Shown: positions 6,264 through 17,182, numbered from the stretch's first letter. The stretch is DNA of 64,000 nucleotides from Nannocystales bacterium (GCA_050633305.1 JBOEGF010000018.1:128001-192000); one strand, 5' to 3'. The notes: a model not told the origin generated them from the sequence alone. Program-made: numbers and translations.

Positions 6264-9200
6264 TCACCAGTCGCGGACCGGTGGGGCGTGCATGTTGACC
6301 ATGCGGGCGGGCGCGTCGATGCCCTCGGCCTCGAACTCGTCGAAGTCGGGGGCGGGATTGGCGTCCAGCTCGTCGCGACGGATCCTCGCGGAGGCTGCGT
6401 ACAAGCGCATCTCGCAGGCTTGGGCTTCGACGCGAGCAGCTTCGAGGCTCTGCCGTGCGAGCTCGTCTTCGCCGCGTGCAGCAAAGAGGCTGCCCTCCAA
6501 TAGCCCGACAAACACGGCCCCCCAGCGAGTCTTTTCGGCCCGGATCTTCGCGCAGTCTTTTTGCGCGACAGCCAAGAGCCGCTCGCGCTCCGCCCCATAC
6601 GCGGCGTGGGCGGCCCACAGCGCCCCGCTCCCGCGTTCGAAACAGAAGTAGAGCACAAAGGGCTGCTTGGTGAGCATCATGGATTTGCGCACCGCCGCGT
6701 GATGCTCGACGAAGCACGCGTACGCTCGAGCATGTCGGCCGGCGTACCGTTCGATCCGACCGAGCGCCATCAGCATCGTGAAGCGGAAGGTCGGGTTCGC
6801 GGCTTCTTCGGGTCGCCAGGCTTGCGCCGCTTCGAGCTGGGCTCGGGCCCGGTCCGGTTGGTCGGCGATGATGTGGCGCAAGTAGTCGTATCCGATGCGA
6901 ACCATGAGCATCGTGAAGAGGTCATCGCGGGCGCGGGCATCTTCAGTTGTGACTTCGAGGGTTGTGACCAAGCGGGCGAAATCGCCTCGGTACAGTCGCG
7001 CGAGGATGTCGAACGTGTTCGTGAACGACAGCTCCCATGCGGCACCGGTGCACTGGTTTCGGAAGGTGTCGTCTGCACGACGGAGGAAGGCGATCGACTC
7101 CGAGAACTCTCCTCGATAGACGCAGGCCGCGCCGGAGGCCAGGGCGAGGAGGCCGTGGATGTGGGGGGAACCGACGCTCTGGGCGATATCCCCGACTCGG
7201 TCGATGAGGGTGTTGACCCGCTCGAGGTTGCGAGTCCCTGACGTCGCGCCGTAGAGGATCTCCAGGCTCAGCGCCCGAGCAACCCGACGCGGCTCGCCGA
7301 GCTGAAGCGCGAGCCGTAGGTGCTTTGCCTGCATGTCCTGCCCAAGAAACACGTCGACCGCAGGCAGGCCCGTTGCAGCGGTCCAACAGATGTCGACCCG
7401 GAGCAGTGCGCGCGCGTCCAGCTCGACTTCTGGCTGCGGTGTGAACTCGGTCCCGGTCAGCGCGATCGATGCGCGCTGCAATAGCCAGGACCCGATTGCG
7501 CGCTTGGAGTTGCGAGCGAGCCCGAGCCCGACTGCTTCGAGGACCTCGGTCAACAGGGGCAGCCCTTCTGCGGCGTGTCCGCTCCGTAGGTACTGCTCCG
7601 CCGCGCGACGACGAAGCTCGACCGCATCATCGCGGGATGCCGCAGCCGCCCGAAGGTAGGCTTCAGCCGCCTCTGCCCCGTGACCGTCGTTGCTCAGCGC
7701 CTCACCGAGCTCCGCTTCGAGGGGGGCGCGAAGCGTGGAGGTCTCCGCGGGCTGAAGGAGGTCGAGAGCTTGTTGCGCCAGGTCGGCCGCACGTCGGAAA
7801 GCGAGCGCCCCGGAGGCCAACCTCGCGGCCTGTCGGAGGTAGGTGACGGCAGCGTCGGTGCGGCCGCATCGGGCAAAGTGAAAGGCCAGAGATTCGGGAT
7901 CGGCGTCCGCACGCTCGAGGGTGGTGGCCAGCGCCAGGTGATGCTCCGCGCGCTGTTCCTCGCTGAGGAGTTGGAGCACGGCGAGGCGAACGCGCCCGTG
8001 GAGAACTTCGAACACATCGTCGGGGCCGGGCCCAAAGGTCCGCACGAAGTGCTGGGCTCGGAGTTCTGCCAAGCCCTCGTTGGCGTCGGTTGGCGATGAG
8101 GATGCCTCGATCGCAACACGCTGGGTGAGTGGGCCGCCGGCGATGGCCAGAATGCTGAGCAGGTCGCGCGCCGTGTTCGGCAGACCATGAACCCGGCTCT
8201 GGGTCATGGCTTCGAGGCCGAGCCGTCCTGCGCCACGCACGGCTTCGGTGTCCGCCGCGTGGCGAGCGAGTTCCTCCACGAACAGTGGGTTGCCGCCCGA
8301 CTCTCGGGCGATCTCGTCGCAGATGGCATCCGGGGCAGGGAGTCCGAGCTGTGTTGCTGCGAGTCGGCACGCCTCCTCGTAGGGGAGGGGGGCCAGGTCG
8401 AGTTCCCACAGGTTGTCACGCCTGAGACTCTCGCCGCGCAGGGATGCGAGGCTCGTGGACCGTTCCAGCATGTCGGCGCGGTAGGTCCCCAGGACGACGA
8501 AGCCGGAGTCGGGCGGTGCTTGCAACAGATGAAGGAGCAGTCGGGTCGTCTCGTCGCTACACCAGTGCAGGTCGTCGATGAACAGGAGGACGGGTTGGGT
8601 CTTCGACAATGCGACGATGAGGTCGCGGAACGCGTCACTCGCTGCGCGCTGGAGCTCGAGTGGGTCCGTCGGAAGCTCGTTCGCCGTCGGGGCGATGAGG
8701 TCCTCGACCACGGGAAACGCGACCGCAAGCGCTGCGCTGCGCCCGGGAAGCAGTCGCTCCAGGTCTTCGGGGTCGAGCTCCAGGAGGTAAGCGCGGAGGG
8801 TGTCGACGACCGCGTCCACCCCCGAGTAGCGGACGGTCTCTCGCTCGTAACACTGGCCCCGGAGGATCAGCGCGTGGTGGGCGTGTTCGTGCGCGTTTAG
8901 GAGTGCACGGGACATCGCGCTCTTGCCAGTCCCGGACTGGCCCCGTACGAGGAGGAGTCGCGGCGTGTTTCCGTGAAGGCCCCCGTCAACCGCGGTGGCG
9001 AGTCGGCTTCGCTCGACGGTTCGTCCGACGAACGTGTTTCGGGTCGCGGACGTTCCGTCGAGTTCGGGGGCGCCGAGGCGGCGAAGAACCTCGGTCGAGC
9101 CGGGGCGAAGGTCCGGGTCTGGCAGTCGGAGGTCGAGGCACAGCAAGTCCAGAGACCCCAATACGCCGCGTTCGTCGTCGTGGCCGAACGCGAGGGCCGG

Positions 9201-9896
9201 CTCGGCGCTGACACGCTGTTCGAGCAGCGCGCGGGCGTCGGCATCAGGCCACGGCGTCCGGCCGGTCATCGCCTCGTAGAGCATGACGCCGACTCCGAAG
9301 AAGTCGGATGCCGCGGTGACGGGCTGGCCTCGTGCTTGCTCGGGGGAGAGATAGTCGAGTGTCCCCACGACGAAACTGTCGGAGGGATCGGGACGGGAGC
9401 GGGCCGCAAGGGCCAGCCCGAAATCGAGGAGCTTGAGCCGACCCTCCGCGGTCACCATGACGTTCGTCGGCTTCACGTCACGGTGGACCAGCCCGTGGCG
9501 GTGGAGGTGATGGAGCGCACGGACCAGCTGGATGAGGCCGTTCTCGAGGCGTCCGCGATCCAGGTTTCCATCTTTGCGGACCCACTCCAGCCAGTGCTGT
9601 CCTTTGACCCGCTCCATCGTGAGGAACGCAAGTTCGTCGTCGACGACGAGCTCGTGGAGCGTCACGAGGTTTGGGTGGCTGAGGTCTGTCAGCGTCCGGA
9701 ACTCTCGCTTGATCAGATAGAGAAACTCGGCGTCGCGAATTCGAAGCGTCTTGAGTGCGACCTCCGTTGCGCGCTTGCGGTCGTAGGCGCTGTAGACGAC
9801 GCCCATCCCGCCCTCGCCGAGCTTCTCGCCGAGCTCGAATCGTCCTGCGACAAGGCCGCCGGTGTGGAGCGAAGGGCTTGGGAGGTCGGCGGTCAT
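6264..9896 (-). CDS. Ser/Thr protein kinase with AAA ATPase and TPR-like region
   Basis: GEGGMG, VALK, HRDVKPTN, DFG; Walker A GQSGTGKS; Walker B LLFIDDLHW. Confidence 0.92.
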   Translation of the reverse strand: MTADLPSPSLHTGGLVAGRFELGEKLGEGGMGVVYSAYDRKRATEVALKTLRIRDAEFLYLIKREFRTLTDLSHPNLVTLHELVVDDELAFLTMERVKGQHWLEWVRKDGNLDRGRLENGLIQLVRALHHLHRHGLVHRDVKPTNVMVTAEGRLKLLDFGLALAARSRPDPSDSFVVGTLDYLSPEQARGQPVTAASDFFGVGVMLYEAMTGRTPWPDADARALLEQRVSAEPALAFGHDDERGVLGSLDLLCLDLRLPDPDLRPGSTEVLRRLGAPELDGTSATRNTFVGRTVERSRLATAVDGGLHGNTPRLLLVRGQSGTGKSAMSRALLNAHEHAHHALILRGQCYERETVRYSGVDAVVDTLRAYLLELDPEDLERLLPGRSAALAVAFPVVEDLIAPTANELPTDPLELQRAASDAFRDLIVALSKTQPVLLFIDDLHWCSDETTRLLLHLLQAPPDSGFVVLGTYRADMLERSTSLASLRGESLRRDNLWELDLAPLPYEEACRLAATQLGLPAPDAICDEIARESGGNPLFVEELARHAADTEAVRGAGRLGLEAMTQSRVHGLPNTARDLLSILAIAGGPLTQRVAIEASSSPTDANEGLAELRAQHFVRTFGPGPDDVFEVLHGRVRLAVLQLLSEEQRAEHHLALATTLERADADPESLAFHFARCGRTDAAVTYLRQAARLASGALAFRRAADLAQQALDLLQPAETSTLRAPLEAELGEALSNDGHGAEAAEAYLRAAAASRDDAVELRRRAAEQYLRSGHAAEGLPLLTEVLEAVGLGLARNSKRAIGSWLLQRASIALTGTEFTPQPEVELDARALLRVDICWTAATGLPAVDVFLGQDMQAKHLRLALQLGEPRRVARALSLEILYGATSGTRNLERVNTLIDRVGDIAQSVGSPHIHGLLALASGAACVYRGEFSESIAFLRRADDTFRNQCTGAAWELSFTNTFDILARLYRGDFARLVTTLEVTTEDARARDDLFTMLMVRIGYDYLRHIIADQPDRARAQLEAAQAWRPEEAANPTFRFTMLMALGRIERYAGRHARAYACFVEHHAAVRKSMMLTKQPFVLYFCFERGSGALWAAHAAYGAERERLLAVAQKDCAKIRAEKTRWGAVFVGLLEGSLFAARGEDELARQSLEAARVEAQACEMRLYAASARIRRDELDANPAPDFDEFEAEGIDAPARMVNMHAPPVRDW

Positions 9897-10054
9897 CGGC
9901 GAGCGTCCTCGCGGCGCAAGCATAGCCTGGACGTGTCCATCAAACACGCTCTGAGGCTCTGGATGGCTCTCAACGGTAGAACTGGAGGCGGTCAGCGTTG
10001 GCGGGTGCCCGCAGGGGCTGCAACGTGGCGGCGGATTGCACGTCCATCCCCGCG

Positions 10055-10546
10055 ATGGACGAACGAGATGCGCTCGACCGGATCCGGGCCGCGACGAAAC
10101 GGACAGCCCGAACGATGAACATCATGGGTCCGTGCATCGTGGCGCTGGGAGTGTTCATGATCGCGCTGCATGCCCTGGAACTCGACTCAGAGGCGGCGGA
10201 CATGAGTACGACTGCGCTCGTCGCCCTGTACGGCTTTGCGGTGGTGTTCATCGCCGCGGGCCTGGGCATGCTGTACGTGGGCCTGTTCAAGTTCGCTCGT
10301 ATGGGCCGCGCTGTCGTCGGGGCGTTGAGCGGTGATCCGTCGGCTCTCAAGAAGGTCGAGTACAGGACGATTCAGGCTGCCAACGCACCCGGCGAACTCG
10401 GGAGGGCGCACCAGTTGTGCTTCGAGTTCCGAGGCCGTCGAAAGACCACACAGCTGGCCGTTCGAGCGGCGGACGTCGAGCCCATCCTCGCGCTGGTCCG
10501 GCTCAAGGCTCCGCACGCTCTGTCCGGCGGTTCGTCGAGGGCGTAG
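10055..10546 (+). CDS. Hypothetical membrane protein
   Basis: Two hydrophobic segments; fits between neighbouring genes. Confidence 0.65.
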   Translation: MDERDALDRIRAATKRTARTMNIMGPCIVALGVFMIALHALELDSEAADMSTTALVALYGFAVVFIAAGLGMLYVGLFKFARMGRAVVGALSGDPSALKKVEYRTIQAANAPGELGRAHQLCFEFRGRRKTTQLAVRAADVEPILALVRLKAPHALSGGSSRA

Positions 10547-10618
10547 GGCCGGGGTCGCTCCGGAAATGTCCTGACTCGGGGGCACCGTTGCGCCCGCGGA
10601 TCCGCTAGCCTTCGGGCC

Positions 10619-10990
10619 ATGTCAGCCAAAGAAATCGGTCAGAAGCTCGTTGCGTTCTGCAAAGAAGGCAAGAACCTCGAGTCGATCAACACGCTCTACT
10701 CCGAGAACATCGAGAGCATCGAGGCGGCCGCCGGCCCCGACGGAAGCCGGGTCGCTCAAGGCATCGAGGCGGTTCGGGGCAAGAACGTGTGGTGGAGCGA
10801 GAACCACGAGATTCATAGCGCCGCGGTGACCGGTCCTTATCCGCACGGCGAAGACCGCTTTGCCGTGCGCTTCGAGTACGACATCACCAACAAACCGAGC
10901 GGCCAGCGCATGCAGATGGACGAAGTCGGGCTCTTCACCGTCGAGAGCGGCAAGATCGTCAAAGAAGAGTTCTTCTACGACATGGGCTGA
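10619..10990 (+). CDS. SnoaL/NTF2-like protein
   Basis: 123 aa; LYSENIESIE, GIEAVRGKNVWW, C-terminal GKIVKEEFFY. Confidence 0.85.
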   Translation: MSAKEIGQKLVAFCKEGKNLESINTLYSENIESIEAAAGPDGSRVAQGIEAVRGKNVWWSENHEIHSAAVTGPYPHGEDRFAVRFEYDITNKPSGQRMQMDEVGLFTVESGKIVKEEFFYDMG

Positions 10991-11005
10991 TCCGGCCGCG
11001 CTCGG

Positions 11006-11668
11006 CTACCAGGGCAATGCTTCGCCGTTTTGGTGCCAGAAGGTTCCGGTCTTCTCGAGCGTGAGCCCGTCGATGCGGGCGAGAATCCCCTGCGCAGACT
11101 CTTCCGCGTCGATCATGCCGTTGCCGCCGGTCATCTCGGTTCGGACGAACCCGGGGTGGACCAACATGACAGCAACGCCGTCGTTCTTGAGGTCGTGTGC
11201 CAGTGAGACGCCCGCCATGTTCACGGCGGTCTTCGACATGCGGTAGCCGTACGAGCCCCCGGAGGTGTTGTCGGCGATGGAGCCCATCCTCGACGTGACG
11301 ATGGCGACCTTGGCCCCCGATCCAAGGCTACCCAGCAGACCCTTGGTGACGCGGAGCGGTCCGAGGGCGTTGATCTCGAACTGCCGCCGGATTCCGTCGA
11401 GGTCCAAGTTGGAGAGGGTCTCCTGCCGGAGAAGCCCAGCGTTGTTGATGAGGACGTCGACGGACTCCCCCTCGAACGCCTTCGCAAGGGTCTCGGTGAC
11501 CCCATCGTCGCTCACGTCGATGCCCTCGTGAATCTCGACGCCAGTCTCCTTGAGGGCATCGCTCGCGCTGCGGCACAGCGCGATGACTCGGTGGCCGGCA
11601 GCTTTGGCTTGCCGTGTCAGCTGGAGTCCGATGCCGCGGTTGGTCCCTGTGATCGCGTAGGTCGCCAT
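11006..11668 (-). CDS. Short-chain dehydrogenase/reductase (CsgA-like)
   Basis: TGTNRGIG, NNAG, YRMSK, HPGFVRTEM. Confidence 0.92.
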   Translation of the reverse strand: MATYAITGTNRGIGLQLTRQAKAAGHRVIALCRSASDALKETGVEIHEGIDVSDDGVTETLAKAFEGESVDVLINNAGLLRQETLSNLDLDGIRRQFEINALGPLRVTKGLLGSLGSGAKVAIVTSRMGSIADNTSGGSYGYRMSKTAVNMAGVSLAHDLKNDGVAVMLVHPGFVRTEMTGGNGMIDAEESAQGILARIDGLTLEKTGTFWHQNGEALPW

Positions 11669-11821
11669 GCCGCGCAGTGTGCCCGATGACGCCGAAGAAA
11701 TCGCATGGCTTCGCCCGACGAGCGTCCTCTTCGGCCGTGCTCGACGGGGCCCGAACTAGCCAAGCTGGGGAGGACCTGGCCCATCCGGTTGGGTGGTCGA
11801 TGTCTTGTCCGGTCCGGGCGG

Positions 11822-12649
11822 TCAGCCGCCAAGGGAAACCAACCGGACGTCGGGAAAGGTGACCGTGCGCTGCTTTCGGCCGCCGGCGCCGTCGACTTCG
11901 ACGCGGTAGTCGCCGGGTTCGGCGACGACGGTGACGACAGGCCCCGTCCCGACACGGGCACCTCGAACGAAGACGCTGGCCCCAACAGGTGCCTTGATGG
12001 TGAGGCAGTTGGTCAGCGGGCGAAGCTTGGAGAGCGCGGCGAGGGCGGTCTCGGGGGTGATCGCGAAGTTGATTGCATCACTGTCGACCATGCCCGAGAC
12101 CACGATACCCACAACCCGACCGTGGCGATCGAAGACGGGCCCGCCGGAGGATCCAGGGTTGAGCGGGATCTGAGTCTGTAGAACGCCGCGGTCCCGCGCT
12201 CCGTGGGCGTTGGAGATCAATCCGGTGGTCAGGGTCCAGACCCCGCCTCGTCCGTGGCCGACGCTGCCCGCCCACGTCCCGATTCGAACGGAACGGGTCG
12301 AGGAGAACGCGAGGGCAGGGGTGTTCTTGGCAGAGACCTTGATGAGGGCCACATCGACCCCGCCCGAGCCCCGGGCGAGCACCTTTCCAACCATGCGCCG
12401 GCCGTCTTGGAGCCGGACCTTGACCTCGCTGGCATGACCGACGACGTGTCGGTTGGTCACGATGTGCCCAAGCGGGCTCACGAAGAAGCCCGATCCGAAA
12501 CCATCGCGTGTCTCAACGAGCACAACCGAAGGTGCGACGCGATCGAAGAGGCCGGTGGTCTCACGCTCGAGAGCGTCGAGGGTTGGGGTGGGCGGAGGCG
12601 GGGCTGGGGAGGTCCCCAGCGCGGCCACGAACAGCAACGGTCCCAGCAC
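11822..12649 (-). CDS. Trypsin-like serine protease with PEGA-like tail
   Basis: GSGFFV, TNRHVV, DVALIKV, NPGSSGGP; GTG start overlapping the upstream stop. Confidence 0.85.
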   Translation of the reverse strand: MLGPLLFVAALGTSPAPPPPTPTLDALERETTGLFDRVAPSVVLVETRDGFGSGFFVSPLGHIVTNRHVVGHASEVKVRLQDGRRMVGKVLARGSGGVDVALIKVSAKNTPALAFSSTRSVRIGTWAGSVGHGRGGVWTLTTGLISNAHGARDRGVLQTQIPLNPGSSGGPVFDRHGRVVGIVVSGMVDSDAINFAITPETALAALSKLRPLTNCLTIKAPVGASVFVRGARVGTGPVVTVVAEPGDYRVEVDGAGGRKQRTVTFPDVRLVSLGG

Positions 12650-13758
12650 TAGAACCTCCCGGAGAGCACGACTCCTGCCCCACGTCGGTCCGCCGACCCG
12701 CGCACCGCGACCTCTCGAACGCCCAAGCGCTTGCGTAGGTCCTTGTTGTAGGACTCGCCCATCTCCTGCACGTCGGTCGCCGTCGAAGTGTGCGGACGAA
12801 TCTTGCCGCCGATGACACCCATCACGATGCCGCCCGCGAGCAGACCGCCACCAAGTCCGAGGCCACGACGCACCTTCTTTTTCTGCTGGCGGTCCGCGTT
12901 CGCCGTGCACGCGTCTGACTCGATCGGGTCTTCGAGCGAGATACACCCGTCATCTTTTGCGACCGCGGCCAGCGGGAGCGCCAGCATCACAACGAGCCCA
13001 GTGAGGGCTGTGAGACTCCCGGCTGTGATGAGGACTTGCCGGCCCGCTTTGCGTCGTCGGTACTCTTGGGCGAGGTCGTCACGGCCGACGTAGGTGTAGT
13101 ACTCGTCTCCTGGCAGAGGCGCCCCGGCCCCGGTTCGTGGCTCGAAGCTGCGGGAGAGAACCGCGCTGTTCGTCCCGGTCGCCGTGACTTGGAGCGAGCC
13201 GTCGAAGACCACGCGTTTGCGGTCGTACTCCGCGAGTGCGCTGTCTTCGGACTCGGGAAGGTCACCTTCGAGGATTGCCAACGCACTCTCGCCCGAATGC
13301 GATGTCTCTGGAGGCGGCTCGATGGTGTCGCCGCGCGCTGCCGAGAAGCCGCCGACGGCGGTTCCACCGTTGTCGTACACGGACACCGTTGCCCGGTCGT
13401 CATCAACGCGGACGATCGCGACGCGTTGTGCATCGGTGTCGAGCGTACCGAGGAGGGACGCGTCGTCCAGCCCGGCGTTCTTCTTGCTCGACTCCGACAC
13501 GGAGACGAGCCCAACGGTTCCTGTCTCCTCGAGCTCGACTCGCAGCGCTCGGGCCACCTCTCGGAGCGCGTTGGAGCTCCGGCCTGCGGTCACGATCAAG
13601 ACGTCGCTGCCGTGGGCAGCGACGTGGGCAGCGACGGTCGGGGTGTCGAGCGTCTGTGCCCACGTGGTGTCAGAGGCAACAGCGGGCCTGGGTCCGAGCA
13701 CCAGCGCGAGGCTGAGCATGGGGACTGCGACGGAGGAGAGAACGCGAGTCGGCGTCAT
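12649..13758 (-). CDS. Hypothetical exported/membrane protein
   Basis: Signal peptide, two C-terminal hydrophobic helices, ends VVLSGRF. Confidence 0.7.
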   Translation of the reverse strand: MTPTRVLSSVAVPMLSLALVLGPRPAVASDTTWAQTLDTPTVAAHVAAHGSDVLIVTAGRSSNALREVARALRVELEETGTVGLVSVSESSKKNAGLDDASLLGTLDTDAQRVAIVRVDDDRATVSVYDNGGTAVGGFSAARGDTIEPPPETSHSGESALAILEGDLPESEDSALAEYDRKRVVFDGSLQVTATGTNSAVLSRSFEPRTGAGAPLPGDEYYTYVGRDDLAQEYRRRKAGRQVLITAGSLTALTGLVVMLALPLAAVAKDDGCISLEDPIESDACTANADRQQKKKVRRGLGLGGGLLAGGIVMGVIGGKIRPHTSTATDVQEMGESYNKDLRKRLGVREVAVRGSADRRGAGVVLSGRF

Positions 13759-13924
13759 GGCTCCGTCGGTCTAGGCCGGCGGACGAATTCGGGCATTGGC
13801 CGTCCTGCCAATGGGCACGCGGGGTTGACTCACCTGCGACCTGCGGTTGTGTGCGTCCGCTCCGTTGCGATTGGCAATTTGACCGATGCGGGGGTCTATT
13901 TCCCCGACTACGGTGGACGGCGTG

Positions 13925-14527
13925 TCAGCGGGTGGTCAGCTCGTCTTCGGTGACGAGTCGCGTGAGTTCCGCGCGGGAGCCGATGTCGAGCTTCGCAAAC
14001 GTGTGCTCGAGATGGGCGGCAACGGTGCGCGGCTTAATACCCAGACGGCCCGCGATGTCCTTGTTGCTGCCGCCGCGGGCGACCTCGCGGGCGACCTGTG
14101 CCTCGCGAGGGGTGAGGGCGTCGAGGCGGGTGCGAGCCACCCGTCGACTCGCACGCTCCAGCTCATCCTCGATGCGACGGACAAACTGAAACGAAGCGAT
14201 GGGGCCCAGGTGGATCTCATCGCCCTCGGTCAGCACCACCAAGTCGATCCGCTCGCCGTTGACGAAGGTGCCGTTGCGCGACTCGAGGTCGACCAGTGTC
14301 GCGGTCTGACCGTCGCGCATGACGATCTTGGCGTGCTCCCGGGAGACGCCGCGGGCATCGAGCGGAACGGTGCTGTCTTGTCCGCGCCCCAGGAGCGTCT
14401 CAGCGTCCCGCAACAAGACCAGCCTTGGCATGCCCACGCCAATCCCCAGCAATGCGGGGATCCTTGTTCCCAGCGAAGGCTTCGGCGTCACAGCCCACAG
14501 TGACGTCGTATCGTCCGATCCAGACAC
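13925..14527 (-). CDS. FHA domain + LuxR-type HTH transcriptional regulator
   Basis: FHA motifs GR, VSREHA, DLESRNGTFVNG; LuxR LTPRE..SNKDIA..TVAAHL; start estimated. Confidence 0.88.
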   Translation of the reverse strand: MSGSDDTTSLWAVTPKPSLGTRIPALLGIGVGMPRLVLLRDAETLLGRGQDSTVPLDARGVSREHAKIVMRDGQTATLVDLESRNGTFVNGERIDLVVLTEGDEIHLGPIASFQFVRRIEDELERASRRVARTRLDALTPREAQVAREVARGGSNKDIAGRLGIKPRTVAAHLEHTFAKLDIGSRAELTRLVTEDELTTR

Positions 14528-14545
14528 GAATCGCCCGACCGTACC

Positions 14546-17182
14546 ATGCACGACGAGACGACGAGCGCCCTTGTGGCTGGTCCCCGGACTGGCGAAGACG
14601 CAGCCGCGAGTACCCCGGCCCGACTTCGCCGCGGCACGACAGTTGGCCGGTACATTGTGATCGACCGTCTTGGTGGAGGTGGCATGGGGGATGTCTACTC
14701 GGCGTGGGACGAGGAACTCCGTCGGCGGGTGGCGCTGAAGCTGATTCGGCCGCGGGAAGGCACCGACCTGCGGGCTCAGGTGCTGTCCGAAGCCCGGGCA
14801 CTGGCGCGGCTTCGACATCCGCATGTCGTCGCGGTGCATGACGTCGGCGAAGACGCGGGTGCTGTGTTCGTCTCGATGGCGTTACTCGAAGGGCTGGAGC
14901 TCGGCGAGTGGGTCAAAGACGCCGAGCCGGATCCCAAGGTTCGGTTGGAGGTGGTCTTGCAGTGTGCCGACGGGCTCGCCGCTGCGCATGACGCCGGTTT
15001 GGTCCACCACGACGTGAAGCCGTCGAACGTGGTCGTTGAGACGCGCGACGGCCAACCGTGGGTTTCGCTGATCGACTTCGGTCTCGCCGAGGACGCGGAG
15101 TCGACAGCTGGGCCTCGGGGAGGGACGTTGGCATACATGGCTCCCGAGACGCGGGCGAGCTACAACGGGAGTGCGCGGGCCGATCAATGGAGCCTTGCGT
15201 TGGTTGCGGTCGAACTCCTCACCGGTGACAGACCCAGTGCAGAGGACATCAGCGCGGGTCGCATCGGAGCTTGTGGCTCGGTCACCGTCGCCCTCCGCCA
15301 GGCCCTCGCAGACGATCCTCAGGACCGCCACCGCGACGTGCACGCGTTCGCCGAAGCCGTACGTCGTGGCATGCAGCGCCGGTCTCGACGGACGGCCTAC
15401 GGTGTCTTGGGTGGGGTCTCGCTGCTTGCTGTCGGGACTTGGAGCGCGGCCGCGCGAGAGGAACCGGACTGCGATGTTCTGGCACAAGCGCGGCTCGAGA
15501 CGCTGGCGCCCCGACGGGCAGAGCACCTTCGGGCGTTCGAGGCTTCAGCGCCAGAGTTGGCCGGGAGCCTCACGACCCAGATGGATCGCTGGACGGGTCG
15601 TTGGTCGCAGGCCTACGCCTCGTCCTGTGTCGCGACTGAGCCCCCGGCCATCCGGGGATGCCTCGACGGAGAGGCTCGACAGGTCGCCGCGCTGTTGAGC
15701 GTTGGCGCCGAACTCGAGGTGACGGGATCCGCACGTTGGGCCGTGTTGGGCGGCCTCAGCGGCGTGGTTTCGCAGGACGCATGCTCTGGAGAGTCCGAAC
15801 AACCGGCGCTGTCGGAGGCGCTTGCGCAGGCGTTTGCTCTGGAGGTCGCCTCGCGGTTCGACGAGGCACGTGCCGTGGCGACGTCCGAGTTGGAGGCGGC
15901 GCGAGATGTCGAAGACTCGGTGGCGACGATCGCCGCGTTGTATCGCTTGGCCTCGGTCGAACGTCGGCTCGACAACTTTGAGCGCTCGCTCGAGCTTGGG
16001 GAGGAGGCCATGACTCTGGCGGCGGTCCATGGCGACAGTTGGACACAGGCCCGCGCGGTCGTGGAGCGGGTCGAGGCCTGGATCTCTCTGGGCGAGTACG
16101 ACCGCGCCCTCGAAGCCGCCCAACTCGGCCGTGCCGTGGTGGCGAGCGCAGGGGACCCGCCGAGGCTGCTGTCGTATTGGCACTACGAGCAGGGGCGCGG
16201 CTTCGAGAGTGCATCCCGCTTCGAGGATGCCGTCGTTTCCTATCGACGTTCGCTGGAGATCCGTCGGGAAACCGATGCGCAGTCGCTCTACGTCGCCGAT
16301 ACGTTGCGCTCGCTGGGCTACGCGCTCTCGCGTCTAAACCAGTGCGAGGAAGGCGAGAAACACCTCTCTGAGTCGATTGAAATCTACGCCGAGAAGCTTG
16401 GCCGCGGCTCGCCTTCCGAGGCGTACAGTCTGTCGTCGCTCTCCCAGTGTCAGGCCCAAGGTGGCGATCCTCAGGCCGCGTTGGCTTCCTCGCGACAGGC
16501 CGAAGATATCCTCGAGTCGGCGCTCGGCCCCCAATCCGAGGCGCTCGCGAAGATCCTGACGATGCAGGGGGTCATCATCGCGAGCCAGGGAGACTACGCC
16601 GCAGCGCGCGGTCCCTACGGACGCGCGTTGGAGATCCGCAACGCGACGAAGGGGCCGGACCACCCGGAAACGATCGTCGCCGCGACCAACTTTGGGTGGA
16701 TGTTGGTCGCGCTCGGGGAGGTCGAGGCCGCCACCCCGATCCTGGACGGCGCGATGGACGGCGCGACACGGCTGCGGGGAGCGGACCACCCCGACAATCA
16801 TCAACTGCTCGGAGCGATGGCGGCTCTGCATGACGCAAAGGGGGACTTGGAGACCGCGATGTCGATGCAGCGCCGCGCGCTGAAGGCCGTACAAAGTGCT
16901 CCCGAGGCTTCCAACCCCATGACGGTGGTTCCCGCGCTGACGAATCTGGGGGAGCTCCTTGCCAAGAGCGGGCGCAACGAGGAGGCCGAGCAGGCCTACG
17001 CTCGCGCTTGGTCCATCTTGGACACCGCACCGGACGGTCACCACAGCGTGTTCTGGGGTCATGTGAACGTGGCGAGGGCCAAGCTTGCGCACGCCGCCGG
17101 CGGTGACTCGGAGTCGTTCATCGACGCTGCCGTAGCGGCAAACCCTGATTCTGAAGCCGAGCTCGCCTCGCTCGGCGACTGA
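14546..17182 (+). CDS. Ser/Thr protein kinase with TM segment and TPR repeats
   Basis: GGGGMG, VALK, HHDVKPSN, DFG, GTLAYMAPE; TPR repeats such as GPDHPET. Confidence 0.92.
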   Translation: MHDETTSALVAGPRTGEDAAASTPARLRRGTTVGRYIVIDRLGGGGMGDVYSAWDEELRRRVALKLIRPREGTDLRAQVLSEARALARLRHPHVVAVHDVGEDAGAVFVSMALLEGLELGEWVKDAEPDPKVRLEVVLQCADGLAAAHDAGLVHHDVKPSNVVVETRDGQPWVSLIDFGLAEDAESTAGPRGGTLAYMAPETRASYNGSARADQWSLALVAVELLTGDRPSAEDISAGRIGACGSVTVALRQALADDPQDRHRDVHAFAEAVRRGMQRRSRRTAYGVLGGVSLLAVGTWSAAAREEPDCDVLAQARLETLAPRRAEHLRAFEASAPELAGSLTTQMDRWTGRWSQAYASSCVATEPPAIRGCLDGEARQVAALLSVGAELEVTGSARWAVLGGLSGVVSQDACSGESEQPALSEALAQAFALEVASRFDEARAVATSELEAARDVEDSVATIAALYRLASVERRLDNFERSLELGEEAMTLAAVHGDSWTQARAVVERVEAWISLGEYDRALEAAQLGRAVVASAGDPPRLLSYWHYEQGRGFESASRFEDAVVSYRRSLEIRRETDAQSLYVADTLRSLGYALSRLNQCEEGEKHLSESIEIYAEKLGRGSPSEAYSLSSLSQCQAQGGDPQAALASSRQAEDILESALGPQSEALAKILTMQGVIIASQGDYAAARGPYGRALEIRNATKGPDHPETIVAATNFGWMLVALGEVEAATPILDGAMDGATRLRGADHPDNHQLLGAMAALHDAKGDLETAMSMQRRALKAVQSAPEASNPMTVVPALTNLGELLAKSGRNEEAEQAYARAWSILDTAPDGHHSVFWGHVNVARAKLAHAAGGDSESFIDAAVAANPDSEAELASLGD

